From: Sedimentisphaerales bacterium
GTDB taxonomy: Bacteria; Planctomycetota; Phycisphaerae; Sedimentisphaerales; Anaerobacaceae
Direction of reading: 5' to 3'
Assembly: GCA_963708075.1 (NCBI GenBank)
Contig: OY970194.1
Location: 5,888,001-5,952,000 of the forward strand
DNA: 64,000 bases
Under the pieces are notes generated by a model. It worked only from the letters and a program-made list of their open reading frames with translations. It did no database searches and was not told where the DNA came from. This document shows, one piece after another, positions 32,913 through 43,744 of the stretch. A program made the translations under genes and the position numbers. Position 1 is the stretch's first letter. Every line of letters starts with the position of its first letter.

Positions 32913-34883
32913 TTACGATGAGACGGTCTGGACGGTGCACTGGGGGATGGCGGCGAGGAACTGGCGGCCGTAGGGCTTGGTGGCGATCCGGCTGTCGAGG
33001 ATGACCACGATGCCGGTATCGGTCTTGGTGCGGATGAGCCGGCCGAAGCCCTGCTTGAACTTGAGAATCGCCGACGGGAGCTGGTAGTCGGCGAAGGGAT
33101 TGCCTCCCTGCTCGCGGATTTGTTCGAGCCGGCCGGCCAGCAGGGGCTGGTCGGGCACGGCGAACGGCAGCCGGACAATGATCACGTTGGACAACGCCTC
33201 GCCCGGCACGTCCACACCCTGCCAGAAGCTGTCGGCCCCGAACAGCACGCTGCGATCCTTCGTCTTGAAGTGCTCCAGGAGGACCCGCCGGTCGAATTCC
33301 GCGCCTTGCTGCAGCAACCGCAGGTTGTTCTTGGTGAACCAGTCTCGCAGCGCCTCGGCGACGTCGTCAAGCATCTGGTAGCTGGTGAACAGGACGAACG
33401 CTCTGCCGGCCGTCTTGAGCAGGTACTTCTTGAGCACCTCGCAAGCGCCGTCAATGAACTCGGGTGTATTCGGGTTGGGAAGGTCCTTCTCAATGTACAG
33501 CGTGACCTGCTTGCGGTAATCGAAGGGCGAGTCGAGACGCAAGCCGTCGAAATCAGCCAGACCCGTCCGGCTCGCGAAGAAGCCGAAGCCGTCGCCGGTC
33601 CCGCTGCCCGTGCTCAGGGTAGCGCTGGTCAGGATCACCGGCGCGTACTTCTCGAAGAGATGGTGTCGCACGTCAGGACCGACGTTCACCGGCGCCGCCC
33701 GCAGATGCACGGACGCTCTGCCTTTCTCGCTCGCCTCCACCCAGTACACCCGCTCGTCCTGCTCCTGGACTAGGAACGCGCCCAGGTCCTGCGCCAGTCC
33801 ATCGCACTGGCCGCCGGCTCGGACAAGCTCGAATTTCTCGTCCTCATCCTCCGCACTTGCAGCCAGCCCTTCGAGGTTCTTTCTCAAGTCCCGCAGGTAC
33901 GGCGAAAGTGTATCCTCGATAAATTCCCTGTCACATCGCCCGTTGGTCTCGGACTTCGTCTGGTCGTACCAGGCGCGAATACGCCGGAAGAACGCGGCGG
34001 ACTCCCGGCTGGTTCTGGAGACGAGATCGGTGGCATCGGTGCCGGCGCCGTGGGCGAGAAGGCCCTTGTGCGTTCGCGAGTTGTAGAGGCTGTCGAGGAG
34101 GAACTTGATTCTGCTGTTGCTGACGTTGATGCCGAAGTGCTCCTCGGCGGCCCGCTCGATGTTGTGCGCCTCGTCGATGACGACATACCGGTACGCCGGC
34201 AGGAAATCGACGTCCTTATCCTTCAGCACGAGATCGCTGAACAGCAGGGCGTGATTGGCCACGATCAGATTGGCGTCCTTCCAGCGTTTTCTCGCTTTGC
34301 CATAGAAGCAGTCGCGGAAGTGGGTACAACCTCGCCCGCGGCAGTTGCCGTGCTCGCTTCGGACGGCGTCCCACGTACGGCCGTCCGGCAGGAAGGGCAG
34401 ATCGCTGAGCGAGCCATCCTTCGTTATACCGGCCCAATCGCGAATCCTGTCCAGCTCCTCGCCGGCCGGGCCGAAGAGCCACCGCTGTGTCCTCAGGGCG
34501 AAATCGAGCCGCCGTTTGCAGAGATAATTGCTCCGGCCCTTGGCGAGCACGGGCTTGAACGGCTGCGGCAGGCAGCGCGACAGGAACGGAATATCCTTAT
34601 TGAAGAGCTGCTCCTGCAGCGTGATCGTGAACGTGCTGACGAGGGCCTTTTCGTCGGTCTCCGCAATCTGCTGGATCAGAGGCACGAGATAGGCGAAGCT
34701 CTTGCCGACACCGGTCCCCGCCTCGACTGCGAGGTGCCTGCCCTTGGTGAACGCCTGCCGGATAGCCGCAGCCATCTGCATCTGCTCGCGGCGGACCTCG
34801 TAGCCGGACAGAGAACGGGCGACAGGCCCATTTGGGCCCAACACATTCTCTGCATCCATAGCCTGGTTTTGCTGTGCCATCAT
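32913..34883 (-). CDS. DinG/YoaA family ATP-dependent helicase with Fe-S cysteines
   Basis: EAGTGVGKS, KGRSNYLC, CRGRGC...C, VANHALL, IDEAH, LFTSY, FWQGVDVPG, QGFGRLIR; start codon uncertain. Confidence 0.93.
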   Translation of the reverse strand: MMAQQNQAMDAENVLGPNGPVARSLSGYEVRREQMQMAAAIRQAFTKGRHLAVEAGTGVGKSFAYLVPLIQQIAETDEKALVSTFTITLQEQLFNKDIPFLSRCLPQPFKPVLAKGRSNYLCKRRLDFALRTQRWLFGPAGEELDRIRDWAGITKDGSLSDLPFLPDGRTWDAVRSEHGNCRGRGCTHFRDCFYGKARKRWKDANLIVANHALLFSDLVLKDKDVDFLPAYRYVVIDEAHNIERAAEEHFGINVSNSRIKFLLDSLYNSRTHKGLLAHGAGTDATDLVSRTSRESAAFFRRIRAWYDQTKSETNGRCDREFIEDTLSPYLRDLRKNLEGLAASAEDEDEKFELVRAGGQCDGLAQDLGAFLVQEQDERVYWVEASEKGRASVHLRAAPVNVGPDVRHHLFEKYAPVILTSATLSTGSGTGDGFGFFASRTGLADFDGLRLDSPFDYRKQVTLYIEKDLPNPNTPEFIDGACEVLKKYLLKTAGRAFVLFTSYQMLDDVAEALRDWFTKNNLRLLQQGAEFDRRVLLEHFKTKDRSVLFGADSFWQGVDVPGEALSNVIIVRLPFAVPDQPLLAGRLEQIREQGGNPFADYQLPSAILKFKQGFGRLIRTKTDTGIVVILDSRIATKPYGRQFLAAIPQCTVQTVSS

Positions 34884-35002
34884 AGCGCGACTCCGCATGT
34901 GAGACGATGGAATGGTAAAGGAGTATGGTGAATAGTTCAAGCGCGAATCATGGAATCGTGTGCCCACGCAATCGCAGGTTTGGTAACTGGGTTCGGGGCA
35001 AC

Positions 35003-37513
35003 CTACGGTACCTTTGGAAGAGTGGATTTCAGCAAGACGAACTCGAACTCGTACACATCCCGGAGTTGGGGGTCGGGGATCACGTCGCCGGTGATGCCCA
35101 TTTGCCTATCGGTGAATCGGGAGGCGAACCCGATCACGGTTACGGCGCCCTGGCCGTGATTGATGGTGGAGGCGACGGAGGCGGCGCCGAGGCGGATCAG
35201 GGGCATGCCGCCCTTGATCTCGCAGGCAGAATCGACGGCAATGCCGGGCCAACCCTGGGGAACTGCCAACTGGCCGGTAAGCGGTGTGGTGTGGTCCACG
35301 CTGAGCTCGAAGGGGTGCAAAAGCTGGTTCGCCGTCGACTGCGTGTTGGCGGGTGAATCGAGAATGAGCACTCTGCCGCCCGCGAAGACGTAATTGCCCA
35401 GGGCCGTGCGAAACTCCGGGCTGACCGGCCCATTCGGGTGCATGAAGACGATCATGTCCCCGGCGAACACGTCGTTTCCCTGCCGACGAGATGTGAAGCA
35501 GCCCAGCCGGAGGATCCACCGCTCGAAAATACCGAAGCCGGTCTGCTCGCCTCCGATGAAGCCGCTCGTCGAGAGCGGCGCGTCACAGACGGTGCGGTCG
35601 ATCACGACGTGCGTAAAGGGTCGAGCGGCCTTGGGCAGAGGATACGCAGCCTGGTGCATGGCTCGAACGCTCACAACGCCCAGGCTCCAGCCGAGCAGGG
35701 CGCCGCCGAGCAGCACCAGTCGGGAGCCGGGCCATCTGTTGCCCGTTGCGAGGGCCGCTCCGCCGAGCAGCACTCCGAGTATGAGCAGCAACGGCCGCAG
35801 GTCGGCAGATGCGTTGCGGTGATTCAGCCATTCGAGCATGCCGAGCATCAACTCGGCCTTGCCCGGCTCGAACGTCGAGAAGTTCGAGAAGATCGTCGAA
35901 TCGCCGAATGCCGCGACCCGGCCGGTCCCGCGGCGCGTGGTCCATAGCTGAATGAACGCCCCATAGCGAGCCTCGGCGCGGTCCTCCACCTGCGGGTAGA
36001 AGTTGCTCGCATGATAGTCCGAGGGCAGATTTCTCAGGCCTGTGGCCCGCATGGCCGCCCGGCCGACGCTGAAGCCCGGATCGATGGAGCAGGAAACGGC
36101 GAAATCCATTGGCGGCATGCTCTGAGTGATCGGGTGCGGCACCAGAGGGGGCGTATAGAGCTGGCGGAATACCCTGTCGATGTCGAACACGCAGTCGTAT
36201 CGGAACCGCAAGCCGAACCGCTCGGCGATGTCGTTGAGATGGACCCCGGTCTGGAAGACGTTCGTGTGCTCGCCAACGAGCAGCAGGCCGCCGCCATTTC
36301 GCACGAATTGCTCGATGATGCCAATTTCATCAGGACCGTAGCGGGAGGTCGGGACTTTGGCGACGAGGACGTCGCAGTCCTTGAGGGCATTGGTGTCGAT
36401 AGGCGTCGTCAGACGGGCCATCGTGTAAAAGCGGGAGCAATAGTCGTAAATGCAGGCATAGTTGTATCCTGACTCCTGGCCGTACCAGTTCGTATCATAA
36501 GGCCGGTCGGTTCGCTCCCAGGTGGAATGATATTCATCGACCACGATTCGGCCCTGTTTGCGCGGGCCGGCCGGGTCGGACAATATGGCCATCGTAATCA
36601 GCAGCAGGGCGGCGTAGCTCAAAGCCGTGGATATGACGCGCCGCGACAATCTTGCACGAGACACGATGATGTAGTCCGGCTGCCTGGCCGGTCGTGGCCG
36701 GACAAATCGCATGGCGAGCAGGGCCGGTCCCGCCAGCAAGACCAGGTGCAGCCATGGGCTCCAGAACTGGGTCATCGGCGTCAGCGGCTCGCTATATTCC
36801 GTCCGCAGCGTCCGATGCACAAGCAGGGCGATCAGCAGCCCGCTGCGAACGGGCAGCCACAGAGCGACCGGAACCACGAGACTGGCGAGAAGCTTCAACA
36901 GGCCCCTCCGGCCTCCCGCCTGACCGCCGGCTGCTGCGATCAGGTACAGCAGGGCCATGCCGCCGAGCAGGAAGCACCAGGTGACAGGATCGAGCAGCAG
37001 CTCCCACGTGGCGCCGAGATTGTGCACCCGCCGCATGGAATGAATCGCAATGGTCGTGCCGTCCAGAGCCGCATCGATCCCGAGAAGCCGTGTCAAGCCG
37101 TAGAGCGGATAGGCGAGAAACGACGGCAACTCGTGCGACTTTGCCGTGACGCTTTCGTAGAGTAGGATTCCGACCGATTGCACGATGAGGATTGCGCCGG
37201 CCGCTACGCCCGCGGTGCCGAGTTGGGCAGGCCATCGGCGGGGGATCGGCGCCATGGAAAGCAGGGCCCCGATGAACACGAGCAGGACTCCCGCACGATA
37301 AGGCCAGGGCGCCAGCCAGAGCGCCGGAACCAGCAGGGCCGCCACAGCGATCCACTCGCCGCGCGAGGCCCGGGGCAGATCCACGCCGGTCAGCAACAAC
37401 GTGCCGACTGCCACGAGCGCAGCCCACGCCGGCCAGTCGGCCTGGTGATAGTAGCTCAGCCCGAACAGCCACGAAGCGCTCAACAAGGCTAAGGCGATCC
37501 ATGCGCGTTTCAT
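35003..37513 (-). CDS. Multi-pass membrane protein with two DUF4350/GATase-like extramembrane domains
   Basis: About 9 TM segments, then IVVDEYHSTWE, CDVLV, FVRNGGGLLLVGEHT, GRVAAFGDS; a second similar domain follows; GGAGG RBS. Confidence 0.65.
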   Translation of the reverse strand: MKRAWIALALLSASWLFGLSYYHQADWPAWAALVAVGTLLLTGVDLPRASRGEWIAVAALLVPALWLAPWPYRAGVLLVFIGALLSMAPIPRRWPAQLGTAGVAAGAILIVQSVGILLYESVTAKSHELPSFLAYPLYGLTRLLGIDAALDGTTIAIHSMRRVHNLGATWELLLDPVTWCFLLGGMALLYLIAAAGGQAGGRRGLLKLLASLVVPVALWLPVRSGLLIALLVHRTLRTEYSEPLTPMTQFWSPWLHLVLLAGPALLAMRFVRPRPARQPDYIIVSRARLSRRVISTALSYAALLLITMAILSDPAGPRKQGRIVVDEYHSTWERTDRPYDTNWYGQESGYNYACIYDYCSRFYTMARLTTPIDTNALKDCDVLVAKVPTSRYGPDEIGIIEQFVRNGGGLLLVGEHTNVFQTGVHLNDIAERFGLRFRYDCVFDIDRVFRQLYTPPLVPHPITQSMPPMDFAVSCSIDPGFSVGRAAMRATGLRNLPSDYHASNFYPQVEDRAEARYGAFIQLWTTRRGTGRVAAFGDSTIFSNFSTFEPGKAELMLGMLEWLNHRNASADLRPLLLILGVLLGGAALATGNRWPGSRLVLLGGALLGWSLGVVSVRAMHQAAYPLPKAARPFTHVVIDRTVCDAPLSTSGFIGGEQTGFGIFERWILRLGCFTSRRQGNDVFAGDMIVFMHPNGPVSPEFRTALGNYVFAGGRVLILDSPANTQSTANQLLHPFELSVDHTTPLTGQLAVPQGWPGIAVDSACEIKGGMPLIRLGAASVASTINHGQGAVTVIGFASRFTDRQMGITGDVIPDPQLRDVYEFEFVLLKSTLPKVP

Positions 37514-40174
37514 GATCCCGCCTCCTTGTTTGACTCGCCCGGCGTCGGGGTCGCCTCGCTGCTCCGCAGCATGGGCGGGATCCACATCGGCTCGCCACGG
37601 ATCATAGTGAACAGCCAGCGCCAGAAATCGGCGTTCTCCCGCAGACCCTCGAAAGGCGCTCCGCTCTCATATTCGAGGTTCATATTCGTCGCAAAGCACG
37701 TGTCGCCGATGAGCAGGACTCTGCCTGCCCCGAAGCGGCGCATGATGATCACAGGCTGATCGTCCCGCCCGCGTGCTATCACCTTCGCATCCGGATCATT
37801 GGTGGCGACGGGCCATGCGGCGTGAAATCGCACATACACCCGCTTACCTTCGGATTCCAGGTACGGCGACTTGAAATATCCCAGGGGCTCGGGTTCGAGC
37901 GAGCTGTTCTGCGGCGAACCCACCCGCAATCCGAAGGCATTCAGCATCGCTTCGCAGGGCGTTCGCTGCTCGTATCCAGTCGTCAGGAGGAGAGTGCCGC
38001 CATTGCTCACGAAAGCTTTTGCCGTCTCGACCTCTTGCGGCGAGAAGGCGCGGGCCGGTGCGATGGAGATCAGCAGACCCGCACGTTCGAGCCGTTCGGG
38101 TGTGAACTCGGGCAGATCGAGCGTCAGGTAGCCGTTTCGCATGAGCGTCAGGGCAAGTCCTCCGATCCCCTCCGGCCGCCACGATTCGCTGCTGTACGCC
38201 TCGACGTGCGATGTGTCGATGTAGGCCAGATTGTTGGGCTTGCTGCGGCGGCCGTCGGGCAGAAGATTCGCCTTTCCTTGATTTGCGAGGGTGCATGCGA
38301 CGAGTGAGACGGTCAGGCCGATGGCCACGAGAGATGCCTTCCAGGGTCCGGGCCGGCGGCTCACGAGGACCATGAGACTCGCGCCTGCAAGCAAGGCGAG
38401 GACCTGTCGCCAGGCCGCGTGCGTGCTTACGGCGCCGTTGGCGAGATAGGCAAACAGTCGCGAGGTGAACTGATAGGATGAGACACTGATGGCGTTGGTC
38501 AGGCCGGAGGTATCGCCAAATGTCATGACCCGGCCCTTCCCCAACGGCTGCTCGGCGGCCAGCAGGACGTCGCCGAGCTTCTCGCCGGGGTCGTACCGGT
38601 CATTGCCCATCATGCCCCTTTCGCTGGCCTCGTCACCGTCGTCGGTCCAGCCCCATCGTCCGATCAGAAGCGGCCGGGCGGGCCAGTGGGCGATGACCGA
38701 CGCCCCGATGACTACGCCGAACTGGTTCTGGTCATCGGCGATGCCTGCCGTCGCGGGGTGGTTGAGGACCTCGTACGATTGCAGCCAGCCGCCGACGGCG
38801 AACGTGGCGGAATCGAACCGGACTCGCATGGCCGTCGGGGCCAGAATCTCGTTGAACCGATTGCTGCCGTTGGGATCGCAGGTCGTGTGTTCGCCGAGCA
38901 CGAGCAGCGAGCCGCCGCGACGGACGAAATTGTGGATGCGCTCCACCTGGCCCTCCCGCCACGGGTCGTCGGGGAAGATGAGCACGAGGACATCGGCGTC
39001 ATTTACATCCGCGTCGGAAAGGTCGGGCGAGATGAGGCACTTGGCTCCGAGGCTCTCCATCAGAACCGGGAGCATTCCGTACATGCCGCTCGACAGCCTG
39101 CCATACGAGTCATGCGTCGGCTTGAGCCAGTTGAGAAATCCCTTCTCGTAGAAGACGATCTTCTTGCCCTGCAGGTCCAGCCGGCCGGGCGCGAACGTGG
39201 CCACAAAAGGCAGCAGCACCGCCGCAAGGACCGCCGCCAGCGCGAGTGCGAGGCGACGGCGCGACCCGGCATCGGGTGCCATGCTTACGCTTGCGTAAGC
39301 ATGCTCTACGGCTTGTGTGTTTTCGTCACTCTCGCCCGCCCGCGCCGACCAGCGGAACATGGCCGCGATGATCAGCGCGTGAATGCCGCATGCGATCGCG
39401 GGAAGATTCCACGGGACCGCTTTGTGAATGAATTGCAGGAGGGGACTCGACTCGTTGGCGCCGGCAGCGGGCTGGGGGAAGGCCGCCAGGAAATCGGGGA
39501 CATAAGACAGAAGAACAAGGTAGACCAGATGCCCGCCGAAGATGGCAAGAAAGCCGTAGATCGCTCGGGCCACACGCGGCGGTTCTCGTGCAGGGCAAGT
39601 AAATCGCCCAGACGGCGCTCGTGAGAATCAGAAAATCGAGACCTGCAAACGCGGAGCCGGTCCAGAGCGGCCGGCCGGTGATCCAGCCTGTTGCGGCTCC
39701 GAGACTCCTGCCGATGAAGTCCGCCGCAAGCCAGAGCCACGGGATCGACGTGACGGCGAAACGATAGATGCCAAATACGGCGACCGCGGCCGATGATGCC
39801 AGGAGAACATCCTTGCTGCGTCCGGCCGATACGAAGGCGAGGAACGCCAGGACCACAGCCACGGCCATCGTGTTCGCCGCAGGTGGGGATAACGCGATCA
39901 TGCCAACGGCCGCGCCGAGAATCAGCGGCAGAATCGCCGGCACTGCTCTCGGCCTGACGCCTCCAATCGGCCATCGCACGAGGACGGCGACAATCAGGAA
40001 CAGCAGCGTCAACGCCCGGCGTAATGGATGCGCCAGCAGACCCGCCGAGCCGGCCGCCACCCAGGCCGCGATCAGCCCCGCCAGGACAGCCACGACCGCG
40101 GCAGAAAGGTCCGTGGAGCAACGCGGGCGAGCACCGTTTGCGGGCTCAACATGTCTTTCTTCGCAACCAGCCAC
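37510..40174 (-). CDS. Paralogous multi-pass membrane protein with two DUF4350/GATase-like domains; frameshift near 39580, start uncertain
   Basis: Hydrophobic ORF 39326..40174 continues into 37510..39573 (ADVLVL, FVRRGGSLLVLGEHT, GRVMTFGDTS, AYIDTSH, GRVLLIGD); ATGA overlap with the next gene. Confidence 0.65.
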
Positions 40175-40236
40175 GTGCGCATTATGGCGGAAACCGCCGC
40201 AGAAGGCAATCGGAAACGGTGGGGGCCAGCCAAGGA

Positions 40237-40635
40237 GGGTGCGGTCGGCATACGGTGGCGGATTCGGATTCCAGCCGACACAAGAGCGCAGCCCAGTCTT
40301 CTTTCGCCCCTACGGGGCTTTGAGATAGGATTGACTATCGTACCCACCGTTGAAACGGTGGGCTAGTGTCGATCGCCCCCGTGGGGCGGACGGGCCGACG
40401 CAAGAGGACTGGAGCGAAGTCCAAGCCCGCAGGGCGATAGCCAATAGCCGCAACGCCTGCGGGATAATGATCAACCCGTCCGGGCGCAGTTCAAGCCCGG
40501 AGGGCGATAGAGAATAGCCCAGCGATTGATCGCTGGGGAACCGGGGCCGAGGACAAAAGCCAGTCCCGTAAGGGACGAAAGAGGCGCAGTCCGCACACGG
40601 CGGCCACACGCCGCCACCGAATTCCGACCACACCC
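40237..40635. mobile_element. Third MITE copy with perfect 9-bp TSD, carrying a different hairpin array
   Basis: TIRs gggtgcggtcggcatacggtggcgg / ccgccaccgaattccgaccacaccc; agccaagga at 40228-40236 and 40636-40644; internal cccaccgttgaaacggtggg, cccagcgattgatcgctggg, gtcccgtaagggac. Confidence 0.8.
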
Positions 40636-40844
40636 AGCCAAGGATGTCTACAGGATTTCAGGGTATTGAGGATGGGTGGCCGCGGCCACCCGCCGCTTGC
40701 CCCTCGATCGCTGTTTTCTGTTGCACACTCAGGCAGCGGTATCCGGCTGCATTCGCGCGTTGGCTTGTCATCTTGGCGGCGATGCTGTACAATCGCGTCT
40801 CAATAGGATTGTCACACGATCAGACATCTTTAGCCGGAGTAGAC

Positions 40845-42368
40845 ATGACCTCTGTACGCGAGCTTCCCCAGCGATGCATAAGCTATGCAGCCATTCCTCT
40901 ACTTGTGGTGGCGATTGCCTGCGGCGAGGACCGGCCGCAATGGGGCGAGCGGTTCTCCCGCAATATGGTGTCGCCGGAGAAGGGATTGCCCGCGAAGATC
41001 GACCCGGCGAATGCCTCGGGCGTCAAGTGGGTAGCCAAGCTCGGGACCCAGACCTGGTCCACGCCCGTGATCTCTGGCGGTAAGGTGCTGATCGGCACGA
41101 ACAACGACGTGCCCCGCGACCCGCGCAACCAGGGCGATCGGGGCGTGCTCATGTGCTTCAATGAGAAGGACGGCAGCTTCTGCTGGCAGTTGACCGCCCC
41201 CAAGCTCTCCGACGACATCTACAAGGATTGGCCCCAGGTCGGCATGGTGTCGCCGGCGACCGTGGAGGGGGACCGCGTCTATATGGTCACCAACCGGGGC
41301 GAGGTGGTCTGCCTCGACCTCGACGGTATGGCTAACGGCAACGACGGACCCTACCAGGACGAGGGCCGGCACATGGTCCCGCCGGACGCCAAGCCCCTGG
41401 AACCTACAGGCACGGATGCCGATATCCTTTGGCTCTTTGACGTCCCCATCGAGTGCGGCGTCTATCCGCATGACGGTGCTCACGGTTCAATCTTGATTCA
41501 TGGGCAGTTCCTCTACGTCAATACGAGCAGCGGCCTGCACGGCTCGCATAAGGAGATCCGCTCTCCCGACGCCCCGAGCCTGATCGTGCTCGACAAGGCC
41601 ACAGGTCAGCTCGTCGCCCGCGAGAGTGAAGGCATCGGACACAAGATCTTTCATTCCACCTGGTCGTCGCCCGCGCTCGGCGAGGTGAACGGCAGAACGC
41701 TCGTCTTCTTCTGCGGCGGCGATGGCGTCTGCTACGCCTTCGAGCCCGTGACCGCCGTGCCCCCGAAAGGCACCGTGCCAAAGCTCAAACTGGTCTGGCG
41801 ATTCGACTGCGACCCGACCGCGCCCAAGGAGAATATCCACGACTACATCCGCAACCGCCAGGAGAGCCCCAGCAATGTCAAGAGCATGCCGGTGTTCTAT
41901 AAGAACCGCCTGTACGTCACCGTCGGCGGGGATATCTGGTGGGGCAAGGAGAAGGCGTGGCTCCAATGTATCGACGCGACCGGGACCGGCGACATCACCA
42001 AGACCGGCCTGCTCTGGTCGTACCCTGTGAACGAGCACTGCTGCTCTACGCCATCGATCTGGAATGGGCTGGCGTTCGTCGCCGACTGCGGCCGCTACGT
42101 GCACTGCGTGGACGCCGAGACGGGCAAGCCCTACTGGACCCACGATTGCGAGGGCGAAATCTGGGCCTCGACCCTCGTGGCCGACGGCAAGGTCTATATC
42201 GGCACCCGGCGGGGACAACTCTGGGTCTTCGCCGCGAGCAAGGAAAAACAGGTCCTGTGCTCCGTCAGGCTGGACAGTCCCATAGACGCCAGCCCCGTCG
42301 CCGCCAACGGTACGCTCTACATCACCACCATGAGGAGCCTCTACGCCTTCCGAAGCCCGACGCCGTGA
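40845..42368 (+). CDS. PQQ-like (BamB-type) beta-propeller protein
   Basis: PQWG...RN, WVAKLG..TWSTPVI, VSPATV, WSSPA, STPSI, DAETGKPYW, ASPVAANGTLYI. Confidence 0.85.
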   Translation: MTSVRELPQRCISYAAIPLLVVAIACGEDRPQWGERFSRNMVSPEKGLPAKIDPANASGVKWVAKLGTQTWSTPVISGGKVLIGTNNDVPRDPRNQGDRGVLMCFNEKDGSFCWQLTAPKLSDDIYKDWPQVGMVSPATVEGDRVYMVTNRGEVVCLDLDGMANGNDGPYQDEGRHMVPPDAKPLEPTGTDADILWLFDVPIECGVYPHDGAHGSILIHGQFLYVNTSSGLHGSHKEIRSPDAPSLIVLDKATGQLVARESEGIGHKIFHSTWSSPALGEVNGRTLVFFCGGDGVCYAFEPVTAVPPKGTVPKLKLVWRFDCDPTAPKENIHDYIRNRQESPSNVKSMPVFYKNRLYVTVGGDIWWGKEKAWLQCIDATGTGDITKTGLLWSYPVNEHCCSTPSIWNGLAFVADCGRYVHCVDAETGKPYWTHDCEGEIWASTLVADGKVYIGTRRGQLWVFAASKEKQVLCSVRLDSPIDASPVAANGTLYITTMRSLYAFRSPTP

Positions 42369-42373
42369 CTGAA

Positions 42374-42426
42374 GTAGGGCGAGCGTCCCCGCTCGCCCAA
42401 GGTCGTGCGAGGACGCACGACCTACG
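42374..42426. repeat. Compact GTAG-type REP doublet
   Basis: gtagggcgagcgtccccgctcgccc-aa-ggtcgtgcgaggacgcacgacctac, same units as inside the elements at 3026 and 4822. Confidence 0.75.
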
Positions 42427-42513
42427 CAGAGGTCAGCCTTGACGGGCGTGCTCGCAGCGGTAGGATAATGGCTTGTCGAATCACGTGGTTCTCAGGCATA
42501 AAGGAGGTTAACG

Positions 42514-43497
42514 ATGGCAACACATTTGTGCGGACGATTCATTCTTCTCTCGGCACTCGTGGCTTTGATGACATCCGGGGCTCTGGCCGATCCGTTCATG
42601 GGCGAGTACACGGGGACATTCTATGCCGACAGCGTAACGCAAGTGCCCGCCACGGCGGTTGTCGTCGCCGAGAGCGAGCACGACTGGCGGATCGTCATTG
42701 AAGCCGTCAGCACCGAGCGCGACCGACAGGGGGCTCGCATCGAGGTCTATGGCAACCTGCAGGGCCAGGGCGTGGATATCTCCTATCCCAGCGGCGGCTA
42801 TCGATGGCATGGCGGGATCCGGGGTGCACATCTCTCCGTCGAAAGCGAGTACGGGCAGCATTTCGAGCTGGACAAGATCGTGCGCAAGAGCCCCAATGAA
42901 GGCTTGGAGCCGCCGGCCGGCGCGGTCGTGCTGCTGCCGTACAAGAAGGGCGTCAAGCCGGACCTGAGCGCCTGGACCAATCAGAACTGGGAGCCCTTGG
43001 ACAATGGCGCGATGCGGGTCCGGCAGGGCTCCAGCACGACAAAGGAGAAGTTCGGGGACATCAAGCGTCTGCACCTGGAATTCTGGCTGCCCCTGGAGCC
43101 GGGTAATCGCGGGCAGGGCCGGGCCAATAGCGGCGTATTCCTGAACGACACGTACGAGGTCCAGGTCCTCGATTCCTTCGGCCTGGTCCACACCTCCGGC
43201 GATTGCGGCAGCCTCTACAGCATCAAACGCCCCGACGTCAACGCCTCGCTGCCGCCCGAGACCTGGCAGACGTATGACGTCGAGTTCCGCGTTCCCCGGC
43301 TCAATGCCGACGGGACTGTCAAGGAAGGCGCACGCATCACCGTCATTCACAACGGGGTCAAGATTCACGACAACGTCGAGATTCGCCGGGGGACAGCCGA
43401 TCCGAAAGCGGACCAGAAAACGACCGGTCCCATCCAGATCCAGGACCACGGCCACCCCATCCAGTACCGCAACATCTGGCTGGTCAAGGCCGAGTGA
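42514..43497 (+). CDS. Secreted DUF1080 (3-keto-disaccharide hydrolase-like) protein
   Basis: Signal peptide; LHLEF, NSGVF, YEVQVLDS, WQTYDV, HNGVKIH, IQIQDHG...YRNIW. Confidence 0.9.
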   Translation: MATHLCGRFILLSALVALMTSGALADPFMGEYTGTFYADSVTQVPATAVVVAESEHDWRIVIEAVSTERDRQGARIEVYGNLQGQGVDISYPSGGYRWHGGIRGAHLSVESEYGQHFELDKIVRKSPNEGLEPPAGAVVLLPYKKGVKPDLSAWTNQNWEPLDNGAMRVRQGSSTTKEKFGDIKRLHLEFWLPLEPGNRGQGRANSGVFLNDTYEVQVLDSFGLVHTSGDCGSLYSIKRPDVNASLPPETWQTYDVEFRVPRLNADGTVKEGARITVIHNGVKIHDNVEIRRGTADPKADQKTTGPIQIQDHGHPIQYRNIWLVKAE

Positions 43498-43548
43498 GTG
43501 GCACGGCGGGGCATTGCTCCTGAGAACTGGGCGGCAGGCCGCCGCTAT

Positions 43549-43599
43549 GTCATTCCCGCGAAGAGCCTGCCCTCGACCTGATCGGGGGCGGGAATCCAG
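43549..43599. repeat. GTCATTCCCGCG..GCGGGAATCCAG palindrome interrupted by a 24-nt insert
   Basis: gtcattcccgcgaa[gagcctgccctcgacctgatcggg]ggcgggaatccag. Confidence 0.7.
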
Positions 43600-43744
43600 A
43601 TCGGTAACCGTAGGGCTCGCAAAGGCTCGCAGAGAAGATGCAACTCATTCGAGGTGCAATTGACGAGCTACGAGATACGCCCTTTCCGCCGACTTCATCC
43701 GAAACACCGTCCTCGACCGCAGTCCGTTCAGCAGATGAGTTCGC

